This document shows positions 43,701 through 53,098 of a DNA stretch of 64,000 nucleotides, in pieces. The stretch lies in contig CAYQKW010000003.1 of the NCBI GenBank assembly GCA_964418245.1, forward strand, positions 2,977 to 66,976, in the 5' to 3' direction. Position numbers and translations under genes: made by a program. The notes beneath the pieces were generated by a model, which saw nothing but the letters and a program-made list of their open reading frames with translations, made no database searches and was not told the origin of the DNA. How positions within the stretch are numbered: the stretch's first letter is position 1; the number at the start of each line of letters is the position of its first letter. This DNA is from an uncultured Oscillospiraceae bacterium (GTDB lineage Bacteria > Bacillota > Clostridia > RUG12999).

Positions 43701-44615
43701 AGGGGTATCTTCGGCATATTTCATTTCCCATTCATACAGCGAGCAATCGTCTGTGGCACACGGCATTACAAGTCTTACATATCTTGCCGTAATCGTTTCA
43801 AATTCACCTTCGGTATATATTCCGCGATTTTCATCGTCAAAAACTCGGTGTACCGCCGTTTCCCAAATTTTTCCGTCAAGTGAATATTCAATCGAAAATT
43901 CCAGAAGTGTTGCGATGTGTTCGTGCATATAATAATAATTGAGTTTTTCTTCGTTTCCCAAATCAATTGTTATTGTATGCGGAAACTCTTCGTTTGTATC
44001 GGCCGGATTAACCCATCGCGTTGTGGTATCGCCGTCATTTATGTTTGTTACATGGCAACCCCACGCTCCCCATTCGTTATAGTTGCTTTCGGTAACCGGC
44101 TTGCCTCTTGTTGGAGGAACCTGCTGACAATTGTTTTTAACAACAATCTCATAAATATTGATGTTCCCCTCGGACGCGGTTACACACAAACGAAAATATC
44201 TTGTTTTTACCGCATTGAAGTTGAGCCTTGTGAGCACTGCCGCCGCTTTTGTCTTTTTGGTTCTTTCGGAAATAAGCGTCCAGTTGCTTCCGTCAAGAGA
44301 ATACTCAATCTTGAAATTTGTTATATTCGCAAGATATTCTCTCAGTTCAAAAGTATCAAACTCAATTGACTCCCCAAAATCAAATGTTATATATGTGGGG
44401 CTGTATTCACCCTCGGTCGGATTTGCCGCCATGTATCTCGAAAGCGATGTGCCGTCACAGACTTTGTCGATACCGTATTCCTTTTTTTCGGCCGGATTAT
44501 TGGTTGAAACCGCCGCTCCGACAGCAAGATTGTCAATATCGGCAAAAACCGTTATGCTGAGTGCCGTTATCATCAGGCTTAAAGCAAACATTGCCGCCAA
44601 TATACTTTTTTTCAT
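40719..44615 (-). CDS. secreted heparinase II/III-like polysaccharide lyase with two N-terminal F5/8 type C domains, an Ig-like repeat and a CuAO-N-like repeat
   Basis: Start set to ATG 44615 (MKKSILAAMFALSLMITALSITVFA; AGGGGG RBS). Discoidin signatures CDGTSLSRYMA...YITFDFG and INDGDTTTRWVNP...ITIDLG. Alginate-lyase/heparinase N-domain style helical region. The heparinase II/III block GSRKGSGHHDESGNALQLWAYGRELLADSGQSNYG matches the H-x-D...L-x-D-x-G pattern of that family. Confidence 0.7.
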   Translation of the reverse strand: MKKSILAAMFALSLMITALSITVFADIDNLAVGAAVSTNNPAEKKEYGIDKVCDGTSLSRYMAANPTEGEYSPTYITFDFGESIEFDTFELREYLANITNFKIEYSLDGSNWTLISERTKKTKAAAVLTRLNFNAVKTRYFRLCVTASEGNINIYEIVVKNNCQQVPPTRGKPVTESNYNEWGAWGCHVTNINDGDTTTRWVNPADTNEEFPHTITIDLGNEEKLNYYYMHEHIATLLEFSIEYSLDGKIWETAVHRVFDDENRGIYTEGEFETITARYVRLVMPCATDDCSLYEWEMKYAEDTPMAANVMIEKPVIDNTVLTGCYDYVHPAKHEEGESLYKWYCSDSKDGEYTEISGADKVTYTLTAEDCGKWIKFEVVPTALSTGAIGEAVQSKPVQVPNQILLGKIVLKNGVNTGYINKERREIKEGDYKCKVFSKDGVTYLPVRFISEALGAEVGYEDSHPTVLYNGVKKYLTDSVTSRDTAFVSSERIKEIFNTGVYINENGLVIIGDNVRNCYSDEIIKEISNTLEYHYDTETLKTTAESLFALIDFSDKSLAVIKSEYESGNYGKAMELYKERFVNKASKKYAPEMVAWCMQTDIEDIMNNIVVMNHPAGYVKMSLGEIGNIEWFQDSPAENTSWWTNISSMHFPYNFVEAFLENGDVKYMKRWALVWEDFAKNNYDAWLEAYNSTNATKHTAIGSTYMPPLHVSWKLGNFVSQLGAAARYSPQNTEAAIPGAYLASMIVRTIDYVDNLVANSASNDTPNQVIDAAISLVTANSFFEDFSVCKGYYDRGIEIINDYLTLLYLPDGADVEQSFNYNEALIEKAEEFKEMFAHDSVKPNFYDRLDEVIAYRTRMLKTLRFPDDVGPSLRNGNIGGKIPYNQMLKNFKIAVNGTENSELDFNSIQFPYGGFYSLRTDWTGDNAVNMFMKGSRKGSGHHDESGNALQLWAYGRELLADSGQSNYGTDFFEYYILSSFGANTISVDGYSQTMAAAAEPTTAYTDPIAARWLNTEKFDFTESFYDYGYGMTGDYSKKKLIVDDVTHNRQVIFDRESEIFVSTDIMKTDSEHDYTQVWAVNHEFTEDEFMINRNKNLIKTLDAEGANISIYNFNNENLDYETYCGVNENNGETVYGWQTYQSYGQKPKIDTHVKWKGAGNQLAISLIVPYPDMNDKVKATSKLELTDSYLTGFTAQLADGSQISYIASKNGKREIEIDGFKVNAEGIYIKKNKDGKITGIMLNADNAAYNGKTTDLKVSNFQFEIANGELVVADEVKIPEGFKWESNANGNNVPVYTK

Positions 44616-44625
44616 ATTCTGCCCC

Positions 44626-47256
44626 CTATCTGTAAATAACAACTTCATAAAGCACACTCTTGTGAGTATGGGCATAAATCGTATCATTTTCCTTTATCTC
44701 ATCAAAGCTTACCTGCCTTACCGTTTTTTTATCACTGTCAAACAAATAAACAAGCGTTTTCCCCGTGCTGTATTCCAATCTGCGCGGATATTCCGAAAGC
44801 TGTACAAAAAGGATTTTTCCTTTAACAAGCTTTCCGGCTTTACCGTAATAATAAAGCACGTCCGGACCAAATGCGTTGCCGTTTGCCTTTTCTCTGAATC
44901 CCGTTGTCGTGTTGCTTCCGGCAAAAAGCGTGTTGTCGGCAAATGAAAATTCTCGGTAAAGTGCATTCGCGCAATTATTGGAATCGACTGAAATACGAAT
45001 CATATCACCGGGTTTTATCACAACACCGTCATATGCTTCTTTCAGTGTGCATTCAATTTCTTTGCCGTTTTTTATTCCGCTTATTTTCCGAACAACATCG
45101 CCGTTCACGCTGTCATATACCTCGTTTACGTTTTTAACAATCATAAGAGGAAATTGTATTGACGCGAGCCACTGTGCGTAATTGTTTATTACAGCATCGT
45201 AATTTTCAAACACAACCGCACCGGCGTTATATTCAATGTCACAGTCATAAATACTCAATTTAAAATCTGTTTCGACATTGGCATCTCCAAGTTTGAATGC
45301 TTCGGTCTGCAATTTTTCGTATTCGATAATCTTATATTCCTCCTCGCGGCTTAAATCTGCCGGGACAGAGAAGATTTTTGTATTCGAAGTCATTTTATAA
45401 AGATGATTTATTGTGTACGCTACTGGGTGAATACGTGCCGTTGAAGATTCCAAGTTGCAGTCGAAACCTCCGTTTTGCGTGATAATTTCTTTAACCTTTC
45501 CTTTGTCGCTGAGCTTATATTTTATAATTTGATTATAACTCACCGTACCATTGTCGTCGGTTATGGCTATCGCCGATAACGGAGACGAGGTTCTTGCTCC
45601 GTTTACAACAAGCTTCGGTTCTGTTTCGGTATAAATAAATTTCCCGTTTGCAGAGAAAATTTTAAGTTCAAGCGAAGCATCAATTGTATCGGGTTTGCAG
45701 GCAATAAGATAGCCGAACAGTTCTTTGTTTGAATTACTCTCGCACAAAGCCACTTTTCCGTTTGTGTTAAGATATGCCGTAACCTTTGACCCGATTTCAA
45801 TTTCTTCCGCATTTTCGGCATATTTCCCGTTTTTATAATAATCCTCGGATATGGGATATTCAATACCGTCTATGGTTACATAATTTTCCCCTTGAGAACC
45901 TGTACTCATTGAATCGACTGTTCCGCTTACGGTTTTATCGGAGGCAATTATGTTATAAAATTCTCCGTCGTTATACGCCGTTTTCCAAACCGACAGAACA
46001 TTATTTTCAACAACTTCGGCAAGCTCGATTTCTTTTCCGTTTTTTACAACACGATATTCCACGTCATGGTCTTCCGACGAAAGTTCAATCTTTTTACCGG
46101 CATATTTCCCGTAGATAATTTCGGCGGACACTCCGATGTGTTCCGCAACCACCGTTTCGCAATTTTCGATAATAACAGCGTTCACGGTACCATCGGAATC
46201 ATAATCCGAAAACGTTATACTGCCGCTGTCGAAAAGCAGTTCGGAATCTTTCACGGATGATGTTCCCAAAAATCCCAGGAACGCACTGTTTTTTACAACC
46301 GGGATACTGCCTTTTAAATCAACGTTTTTTAAAACTCCGTTTTTGTTGTAATAAAACCTGTTGTTTCTTAATTCTTCAAAATTTTCCGCATCAACTTTTA
46401 CAATATCTTCATTTTCCTTTTCCGTTATGTAAGAAATCTTCCTGTCATCGTCCTCTTTTATAAGATAAACAACATTTTTTGCAAGCAGCCCGAATACAGA
46501 ATCTTTTGTATAATACGTTATGCCGTCAATTTCAATTCTTCTTTCGTTGCCAAGCCCACTTCCGTACAGCGACGAAAAACGGTCTGCCGTGACAACTCCC
46601 TCATAAAGTTTTGAATTATTCACTCTTTCAAGAATCGTATCGGATTTTTTTGACTCAAACGTATACGAATCATTTCCGAGACCGGACACTTCAAGATAAT
46701 GGAGTGAAAGCGAATTGTAAAGCAGGGTGATTGCATCTTTCACCGTTAAATATTCCGCACCCCTGTCAACTTCGGAAAGCATTTTCAGCTGTGATGCCAT
46801 CTGAATATACGAATACGGATATTTTCCGTTATATTTAAGGTATTCGCTCCAATTTGCCGCATTTAATATGACAGATACGGCTTCCGGGAGTTTAACCCTG
46901 TCGTCCGGTCGGAATTTACCGTTCCCCGTACCGTTTATATATTCGTGTTCACACGCAAAATTTATATATGAACTTGCGTTATGCTTGCCCGGAACATCAA
47001 TAAACCGGTTTTCTCCCGAATAATCCAGTGCTTCGTCTTCATAACCGAGCATACGCACAGCCCAGATAACAAACTGCCCTCTGCTGACCGACGAAGATAT
47101 TTCTTTTTCATCTACAATGCCCAATTCATGAAGAACCCTATACCTATAATCGGGAATATAGTTTTCGCTTATCTCTTCATCTGCCGCCGAAACATATGCA
47201 AAACACCCTATCGACAGGCAAAAAGCCAGCATAACCGAAATAATTTTTTTCATCAT
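44626..47256 (-). CDS. secreted surface protein: three N-terminal SLH repeats + ~650-aa beta-rich region, C-terminus ...EVVIYR (paralog of 19674-22391)
   Basis: Signal peptide MMKKIISVMLAFCLSIGCFAYVSA. SLH signatures (VSRGQFVIWAVRML; FIDVPGKHNASSYINFACEHEYINGTGNGKFRP; TVKDAITLLYNSL). The start ATG overlaps the upstream stop (TAATG); the second ATG at 47253 is equally possible. Confidence 0.75.
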   Translation of the reverse strand: MMKKIISVMLAFCLSIGCFAYVSAADEEISENYIPDYRYRVLHELGIVDEKEISSSVSRGQFVIWAVRMLGYEDEALDYSGENRFIDVPGKHNASSYINFACEHEYINGTGNGKFRPDDRVKLPEAVSVILNAANWSEYLKYNGKYPYSYIQMASQLKMLSEVDRGAEYLTVKDAITLLYNSLSLHYLEVSGLGNDSYTFESKKSDTILERVNNSKLYEGVVTADRFSSLYGSGLGNERRIEIDGITYYTKDSVFGLLAKNVVYLIKEDDDRKISYITEKENEDIVKVDAENFEELRNNRFYYNKNGVLKNVDLKGSIPVVKNSAFLGFLGTSSVKDSELLFDSGSITFSDYDSDGTVNAVIIENCETVVAEHIGVSAEIIYGKYAGKKIELSSEDHDVEYRVVKNGKEIELAEVVENNVLSVWKTAYNDGEFYNIIASDKTVSGTVDSMSTGSQGENYVTIDGIEYPISEDYYKNGKYAENAEEIEIGSKVTAYLNTNGKVALCESNSNKELFGYLIACKPDTIDASLELKIFSANGKFIYTETEPKLVVNGARTSSPLSAIAITDDNGTVSYNQIIKYKLSDKGKVKEIITQNGGFDCNLESSTARIHPVAYTINHLYKMTSNTKIFSVPADLSREEEYKIIEYEKLQTEAFKLGDANVETDFKLSIYDCDIEYNAGAVVFENYDAVINNYAQWLASIQFPLMIVKNVNEVYDSVNGDVVRKISGIKNGKEIECTLKEAYDGVVIKPGDMIRISVDSNNCANALYREFSFADNTLFAGSNTTTGFREKANGNAFGPDVLYYYGKAGKLVKGKILFVQLSEYPRRLEYSTGKTLVYLFDSDKKTVRQVSFDEIKENDTIYAHTHKSVLYEVVIYR

Positions 47257-50200
47257 TATTCCTCCACTAATATTTTATCTACCAAACGTTTTACAATTAC
47301 CGCCATCTGTGCCCGTGTTATATTCTCTTGCGGTGCAAAATATTCCTCGGAAACTCCGTTCATAAGTTCATACTTTACACAGGCATTGACATATTCCACC
47401 GCCCACGGAGAAACCAAATCCATATCCTTAAAATCTGCTGACGGTGCCGCTTTTGTGAGCGGAGGAATCTGAATATAATAAAGTTCCGTTATAATTTTTG
47501 CCGCCTGTTCTCTCAAAACAACATCATAAGGATTAAATTTGCCGTCGAAACCGGATATAACGCCGGCACTTGCGGCTTTTGCCACCTCGGAATAAAACCA
47601 ATCTTTTTCCGAAACATCCGTGAAATTGCATTCATTATTGCCCGACACCTCAAACGTACGCATAAGCACCGCCGTAAATTCTGCCTTTGTAACGGCTCTT
47701 TCGGGTTCATATTTATTGTCACCCGTTCCGTTCAAAACACCCAATTTGTAAAGACGTTCTATGCTTTCACGTGCCCAATGCCCGTCAATATCCGCGAATA
47801 CCGCCGCAGTCTGCACAGCCTTGTTGTTTGTTTTATAATCTCCCGTCACGGTAACGTTGCTATTAACATATCCGCCACCGCCGCCACCGCCGCCGGATGA
47901 CGATGAACCGCCGCTTCTGCCGTTCACATAAACGGCATCACTTAAAACAGGATTGCCCGTTTTCGGTTCAGCTTCACAGCAGGGTGTGACTTCAAATTTG
48001 AAATACTTCCCGTAATCGGATGGTTGCAGAACATAGCTTCTTCCGGTTTCTGCTTTTATTTCTTCAAAGTTTCCGTTTGAAGAAGAACGATACCATTTAT
48101 AAGTTGAATTTTTCTCACCGCTACCGTTTGCGTGTGAATATTTATATTCACCGACAAGACTGCTGCCGTCGGCACTGATTTTTGCCGTGACATCGGTTGC
48201 GCCGGGAATATCCCGAACAAACAAAGGACTTCCCGTAACCGCTATTCCGGTTTTTGGGTCTGTTACGCTCACCGGAGTTATTTCAAACGCAATATATCTG
48301 TCGGCATCGTTTTTCGTCAGTGTGTAAGTCACTTTATCTGCCGCAGATGTCACTCCGTTCTTCAAAACCGTGCTGTCTGACATATCGGCATTTTTCGATG
48401 ATAGGATTCTGTATTCGGAATCTCCCTCAATATCATCGTTTACATCTTCGTATATATATGTAAATTCAAGCGTTTCGCCGGTATAAACTTTCCCCTCTGT
48501 TTTTATTCCGTAAGCATACGGTGCGGATGGTTTTGCGGTTTCAACAGGACCTATAACCGAACTCACAGCCTTTGTAAAGCATTCGTTTTCTTTGTTTTGT
48601 GCAAGTACCGTCACACGCAGATATTTGCCGAGACAATCTTTAAGAATTGTAATATCCTTTGAATTTACACCTTCAATGACGGTATATTCTCCGTCTGCCG
48701 TGTCGGCTTTTTCCCAAATATAAGTATACGCGGCATCGGCATTATTCGATGAATCCTTTTCATATTCCGCACTTATGACAGAACCTGCCGAAATTTCTCC
48801 GGAGATTGTGGGTTTGGAAACAATCGGACTTGTTTTCGAGGAGTTTAACAGTCTTATCTCATAAATCGACGCACTGTCAAATTCGGCAAAAACAGTATAT
48901 TTTATTTTAAAATATCTTGCCGAAACAGTATTGAATTTGTGTGAAAATGTTTTGTCATTCCATTGCGATGCAGATTCGGATTCCGTTTCGTCAAGTGTTT
49001 CCCAATTCAGTTTATCCGCGGAACATAAAATTGAATACTTTTCAAATCTTTCTCCCATTGAATCGAACTCAAGCATATTTATCTGTGCCGTGTTTCCCAA
49101 ATCAATATTTATATAACCGTTTTTAGAGTTACCTGCCCATCGTGTATCGGATTTGCCGTCAAACATAAGTTCAGCACCGTAACCCGAAAGCGAACTGTCT
49201 GCTTCGGCGGCCGCACCGAGTGCGATATTTTCATTTTCCTTAACCGGACCGAAAACAGCTGTTTCAACCGCCGAACCATCTGCGAAATTTGTTTCCGCTT
49301 TTATGTACATACCTTTGACTTCGGAATTAAGAAGAATGTTGCCGCCCTGTGCAAACTCCGTAAATTCACCGTCTGCGGACAATGATTTTTTCCAAACGGC
49401 TTTTTCAAGCATGGTGTCGGAATTATGAGAAATCGCCGCTCTTTGCGAAACCATCGGCGTGCCTGTGATTTCTGCCTTTAACGGAGGACGCTCACACGTA
49501 TTTAAATCAATTGCTGTCTCTTCAAGCATTCGTCCGTCGGTATCATATATATTACTCAATTTCAAAATATAATCCGTTTCGTAGTTTAAGCGTTCCGAAA
49601 AATTTATTCTCAAAACATTTTCGCTTATAATATAAGTGAAAGGAACCTCTTGTGTTTCGTGCATAATCGAAATACAATCATTCGAGAAGCGTTCCGTGTC
49701 AATCGCATTTGAAAAATTAACCGTGAATGAATCTACCTCTGCATTTTCGGTTTCGGATGTGGAGCTGATGCTCATGGGATAATATGTTTCAATCTTTATA
49801 TCATCCAAATAATAATCGTAACCGTTTTTTCCGCCCGTCATCATACGCACGAACATAAATCCGCCTTTAACCTCATTCGGAAAACCGATAGGCTCGGCAT
49901 TAATTTTAACGCCGTCAAGTTCCACGTCGAACGTTTTATCTGTATTCCTTATAATCACCTTATATTTATAAGATTTATCATTTTCAATTTTAACACCCAA
50001 GGAAACACTTTTTTGAGTGGCGGATTCCTGATAGCAAAGATTTCCGTTCTGATCTATAAAGAAGAAATTGAGATTTCCCTCTTCAAACCGAACGTTAAAC
50101 AGCGGACAGCTTTTGCGAAAAGGCATTGATTCTGTTGCATTTTCATTTTTTATTCTGAATTCGTAGCTTATTTCCGCAATAGTTCCGGATGTGAAGCCTT

Positions 50201-50495
50201 TCTGAATAAAAGGCCATAAAACTTCGTCGGAAGAAGACGGACCTGTTATGCCGACATGAAAACATTTGTCATTTTCGTCATCTCTGCCGGGATTTTTTAT
50301 AAAATCATATGCGGCAACCGTGGTTTTTGAAGTATCGTTATAATTCATAATTACCCAGTCGGCAAACGGATTTTCTTCGTTGAATGTAACATTTGCCACT
50401 TCCGCCGCAAAAACTGCGGAGGAAGTCAGCAAAATTATTACGCACATAACCAACGGAACAAACAAATATTTTTTCTTATAATATAAATTTCCCAT
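47256..50495 (-). CDS. secreted surface protein: jelly-roll-like domain + Ig-like domains + F5/8 type C domain + Y-x-W beta-repeats + poly-Gly/Ser linker + three C-terminal SLH repeats
   Basis: Signal peptide, AAAGGAGAG RBS. N-domain ends GYDYYLDDIKIETYY. Discoidin signature LMFDGKSDTRWAG...YINIDLG. Linker SGGSSSSGGGGGGGG. SLH repeats FADIDGHWARESIERLYKLGVLNGTGDNKYEP, FTDVSEKDWFYSEVAKAASAGVISGFDGKFNP and FKDMDLVSPWAVEYVNACVKYELMNGVS. Confidence 0.75.
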   Translation of the reverse strand: MGNLYYKKKYLFVPLVMCVIILLTSSAVFAAEVANVTFNEENPFADWVIMNYNDTSKTTVAAYDFIKNPGRDDENDKCFHVGITGPSSSDEVLWPFIQKGFTSGTIAEISYEFRIKNENATESMPFRKSCPLFNVRFEEGNLNFFFIDQNGNLCYQESATQKSVSLGVKIENDKSYKYKVIIRNTDKTFDVELDGVKINAEPIGFPNEVKGGFMFVRMMTGGKNGYDYYLDDIKIETYYPMSISSTSETENAEVDSFTVNFSNAIDTERFSNDCISIMHETQEVPFTYIISENVLRINFSERLNYETDYILKLSNIYDTDGRMLEETAIDLNTCERPPLKAEITGTPMVSQRAAISHNSDTMLEKAVWKKSLSADGEFTEFAQGGNILLNSEVKGMYIKAETNFADGSAVETAVFGPVKENENIALGAAAEADSSLSGYGAELMFDGKSDTRWAGNSKNGYINIDLGNTAQINMLEFDSMGERFEKYSILCSADKLNWETLDETESESASQWNDKTFSHKFNTVSARYFKIKYTVFAEFDSASIYEIRLLNSSKTSPIVSKPTISGEISAGSVISAEYEKDSSNNADAAYTYIWEKADTADGEYTVIEGVNSKDITILKDCLGKYLRVTVLAQNKENECFTKAVSSVIGPVETAKPSAPYAYGIKTEGKVYTGETLEFTYIYEDVNDDIEGDSEYRILSSKNADMSDSTVLKNGVTSAADKVTYTLTKNDADRYIAFEITPVSVTDPKTGIAVTGSPLFVRDIPGATDVTAKISADGSSLVGEYKYSHANGSGEKNSTYKWYRSSSNGNFEEIKAETGRSYVLQPSDYGKYFKFEVTPCCEAEPKTGNPVLSDAVYVNGRSGGSSSSGGGGGGGGYVNSNVTVTGDYKTNNKAVQTAAVFADIDGHWARESIERLYKLGVLNGTGDNKYEPERAVTKAEFTAVLMRTFEVSGNNECNFTDVSEKDWFYSEVAKAASAGVISGFDGKFNPYDVVLREQAAKIITELYYIQIPPLTKAAPSADFKDMDLVSPWAVEYVNACVKYELMNGVSEEYFAPQENITRAQMAVIVKRLVDKILVEE

Positions 50496-50520
50496 TTATA
50501 CTCTCCTTTGAAAGTAAGTT

Positions 50521-52125
50521 TTATCTGTTTTTGTTATATGTTTCCTTTATGTATTCATAATCGCCTATCTGTTTCATTCCGTCTATAAACGAATCCCACT
50601 CGGACATACTTTTTGTACCGGTTATAAATGAAAATACATTTTCATTTGTATAAGTCCAAAGAGCGGTAACCATTGTTGCCGTTTCTTCGGTTTCTTCGGC
50701 GGAGAGATTTACCGGAGGTTTGTTGTCGTTGGGGTTTACGGATGCCTCTCCCTCTGCGTCTGACGTAAACTGATAATAGTTTTCTTTCTGCCAGCTTCCG
50801 TCTTTATACACAGGAACAGGTGCAAGCAGTTTTGTTGCACTGTCGTTATCACTCGGCATAAACTGTATTCCGCATTTAACACTCTGCGACTGATTTACCC
50901 CGTATTCGGCGAGTTTGAGCTGAGGATTGTCGGAATTTTTGATTTCATCGGTGTAATCTCTGTTTCCGTTCTCATCTTTTGTGAAAGTAACGCCCTCAAC
51001 ACCCCAGTTTGCAAGTTCAATCATTTTGTCGGAATACTGATAATCCAAAAGTTTAACTATAAGGTCTGGGTGTTTTGCTTTTGTGCTTACAGCCGTCATA
51101 TAGACAACGTTCAAACTCTTGCCCTTTACATTTGAAGATGATTTCCACGAAACTTCGTTATAAAGATTTTTGGGTTCTGAGATAATTCCCCATTCAACCC
51201 CGGAATCTTTTGTATTTATGTATTGATTAATTCTTATACCCATGAAGGCCGGAGACATGAAACATTTTCCGTTAAGCATTTTCTGCATTGCCTGGTCGGT
51301 ACTCTGCGTTAAAAATTCCGGGTCAAGCAGGCCTTCTGCATAAAGTTTTCTCAAATATTCAACCGTTTCTTTAAATCTTTTTTCATCATCAACCGGACCG
51401 TATACATATTCTTTTCCGTTATAGTAGATATTCGGATGAGTATGATTGAGTCCGAAGAAATAAAGTATAAAGTTTGCCGGGTCTCTCAAATAGCTTATGG
51501 GATAGCTGTCGGGATATTTTTCTTTTAAAGTTTTTGCTGCTTCATAATATTCCTGAAGTGTTTCGGGAATTTTTATTCCTTCTTTTTCAAAAATATCTTT
51601 ACGAATGGCATTTACCGCCTGTGTTCCCGTATTATTTCCTATACTTGAATTTAAAAATGCATAAATTTCTCCGTCTTTGGTTTCAATTCTGCTTCTTTCA
51701 TTGTCTGTATTCAGAAATTCGGAATAGTACGGAATATTATCTTTATATTTGTTAATATCAACAAGAAGTCCTGCCTTTCCGAGCTGCATTGCATTGTTTA
51801 CAGGGTCGGCTATAATGACGAAAACATCGGCAAAGTCGCCGGAAGCAAGATATACCTGCTGTTTCTGATTATAGTCATTACTGTTCTGCTCCTGCCAGTC
51901 TATATTGAGTTTTATACCCATATAGTCTTCCATATACTCCTGCCACTTGTCTTGAGCAAGTGTACCGAGCGGAGACTGTGAAAATATCGGGTTATAAACC
52001 GAAAAAGAAAGTTCGTCAACGTTTCCCGAAACCTCCGCATCTTTTTTACCGCATCCGCAAAGCGAGCTTGCCGCAACCGTTATCGCCGCCGTTACGGCGA
52101 TACCTTTTAACATTTTTTTGTTCAT
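50521..52125 (-). CDS. ABC transporter extracellular solute-binding lipoprotein (large LplA-type), paralog of 24315-25931
   Basis: Lipobox ASSLCGCGKK. 534 aa. Alignable by eye with the locus A SBP (FSVYN...SQSPLGT, YPDSYPI, KLLDYxYSDxMIELAxWGVEGVT). Confidence 0.85.
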   Translation of the reverse strand: MNKKMLKGIAVTAAITVAASSLCGCGKKDAEVSGNVDELSFSVYNPIFSQSPLGTLAQDKWQEYMEDYMGIKLNIDWQEQNSNDYNQKQQVYLASGDFADVFVIIADPVNNAMQLGKAGLLVDINKYKDNIPYYSEFLNTDNERSRIETKDGEIYAFLNSSIGNNTGTQAVNAIRKDIFEKEGIKIPETLQEYYEAAKTLKEKYPDSYPISYLRDPANFILYFFGLNHTHPNIYYNGKEYVYGPVDDEKRFKETVEYLRKLYAEGLLDPEFLTQSTDQAMQKMLNGKCFMSPAFMGIRINQYINTKDSGVEWGIISEPKNLYNEVSWKSSSNVKGKSLNVVYMTAVSTKAKHPDLIVKLLDYQYSDKMIELANWGVEGVTFTKDENGNRDYTDEIKNSDNPQLKLAEYGVNQSQSVKCGIQFMPSDNDSATKLLAPVPVYKDGSWQKENYYQFTSDAEGEASVNPNDNKPPVNLSAEETEETATMVTALWTYTNENVFSFITGTKSMSEWDSFIDGMKQIGDYEYIKETYNKNR

Positions 52126-52179
52126 AATTTCTCCCTTTCTTTATTATAAAATTTAGTTTTAATATATAAATATATTGTT

Positions 52180-53085
52180 TTATTCTTTAACACTGCCGAG
52201 CATAACGCCTTTTACAAAATATTTCTGCAAAAACGGATACACGCACAATATCGGAATCATTGCCACCATTACCGAAGCCATCTGTACATTTTTGGGATGG
52301 ACATTCAGACTTTCCATCATGCTTGACATTTGACTGTCGGCATATGCACCTCCTCGTACATCATCATTTATCACGATTTTACGTAAAATCATCTGAAGCG
52401 GATAACGTTTTTCGTCATTCAGATACATAAGTGCGTTAAACCAGCTGTTCCAATGACCTACAATAACAAAAAGACCTATTGTACACAAAACCGGAAGCGA
52501 CACGGGAACATATATTCGGAAGCAAACAAGAAAATCATTTGCTCCGTCAAGCTGTGCCGATTCGCGAAGCGACGGAGATATTCCTTTGAAAAATGTTCGG
52601 CAGATAAAAAGGTTATATGCCGTAACGCATCCCGGAAGCACCATAACCCAAAGCGTATCAAGAAGATGAAGACCTTTTATGACAAGATACGTCGGGATGA
52701 GACCTCCGTTAAAAATCATTGTAAAAACCAAAAGTCTGTTAAATACTTTATTCAGCACAAAACCGTTAATTGCCATTGCATAGGCGGCAAGAATTGTAAA
52801 AAGCAATGATATTGCCGTCCCCACCACAGCATAAACTATTGTATTTTTGTATGCCGTAAAGATTTCGCTGTTTGTCAATACCGTCTTATAGCTGTTAATG
52901 TTGAATCCTATCGGATACCACGACACCTCACCCGATGTTATTGCCTCCGACGAACTTAGTGATACCGCAAGAACGTTTAAAATCGGATAAAGCATCACAA
53001 TCATGATAAAAATCATAAATATGCAGTTAAACCAATCGAAAAACATTCCTCCGATGCCTTCGTGTTTTTTTATGTATTTTTTCAT
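52180..53085 (-). CDS. carbohydrate ABC transporter permease (LplC-like)
   Basis: Start set to ATG 53085 (MKKYIKKHEG; AAGGAGGGG RBS). EAA-like region ESAQLDGANDFLVCFRIYVPVSLP. Confidence 0.85.
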   Translation of the reverse strand: MKKYIKKHEGIGGMFFDWFNCIFMIFIMIVMLYPILNVLAVSLSSSEAITSGEVSWYPIGFNINSYKTVLTNSEIFTAYKNTIVYAVVGTAISLLFTILAAYAMAINGFVLNKVFNRLLVFTMIFNGGLIPTYLVIKGLHLLDTLWVMVLPGCVTAYNLFICRTFFKGISPSLRESAQLDGANDFLVCFRIYVPVSLPVLCTIGLFVIVGHWNSWFNALMYLNDEKRYPLQMILRKIVINDDVRGGAYADSQMSSMMESLNVHPKNVQMASVMVAMIPILCVYPFLQKYFVKGVMLGSVKE

Positions 53086-53098
53086 TTGCAACCCCTCC

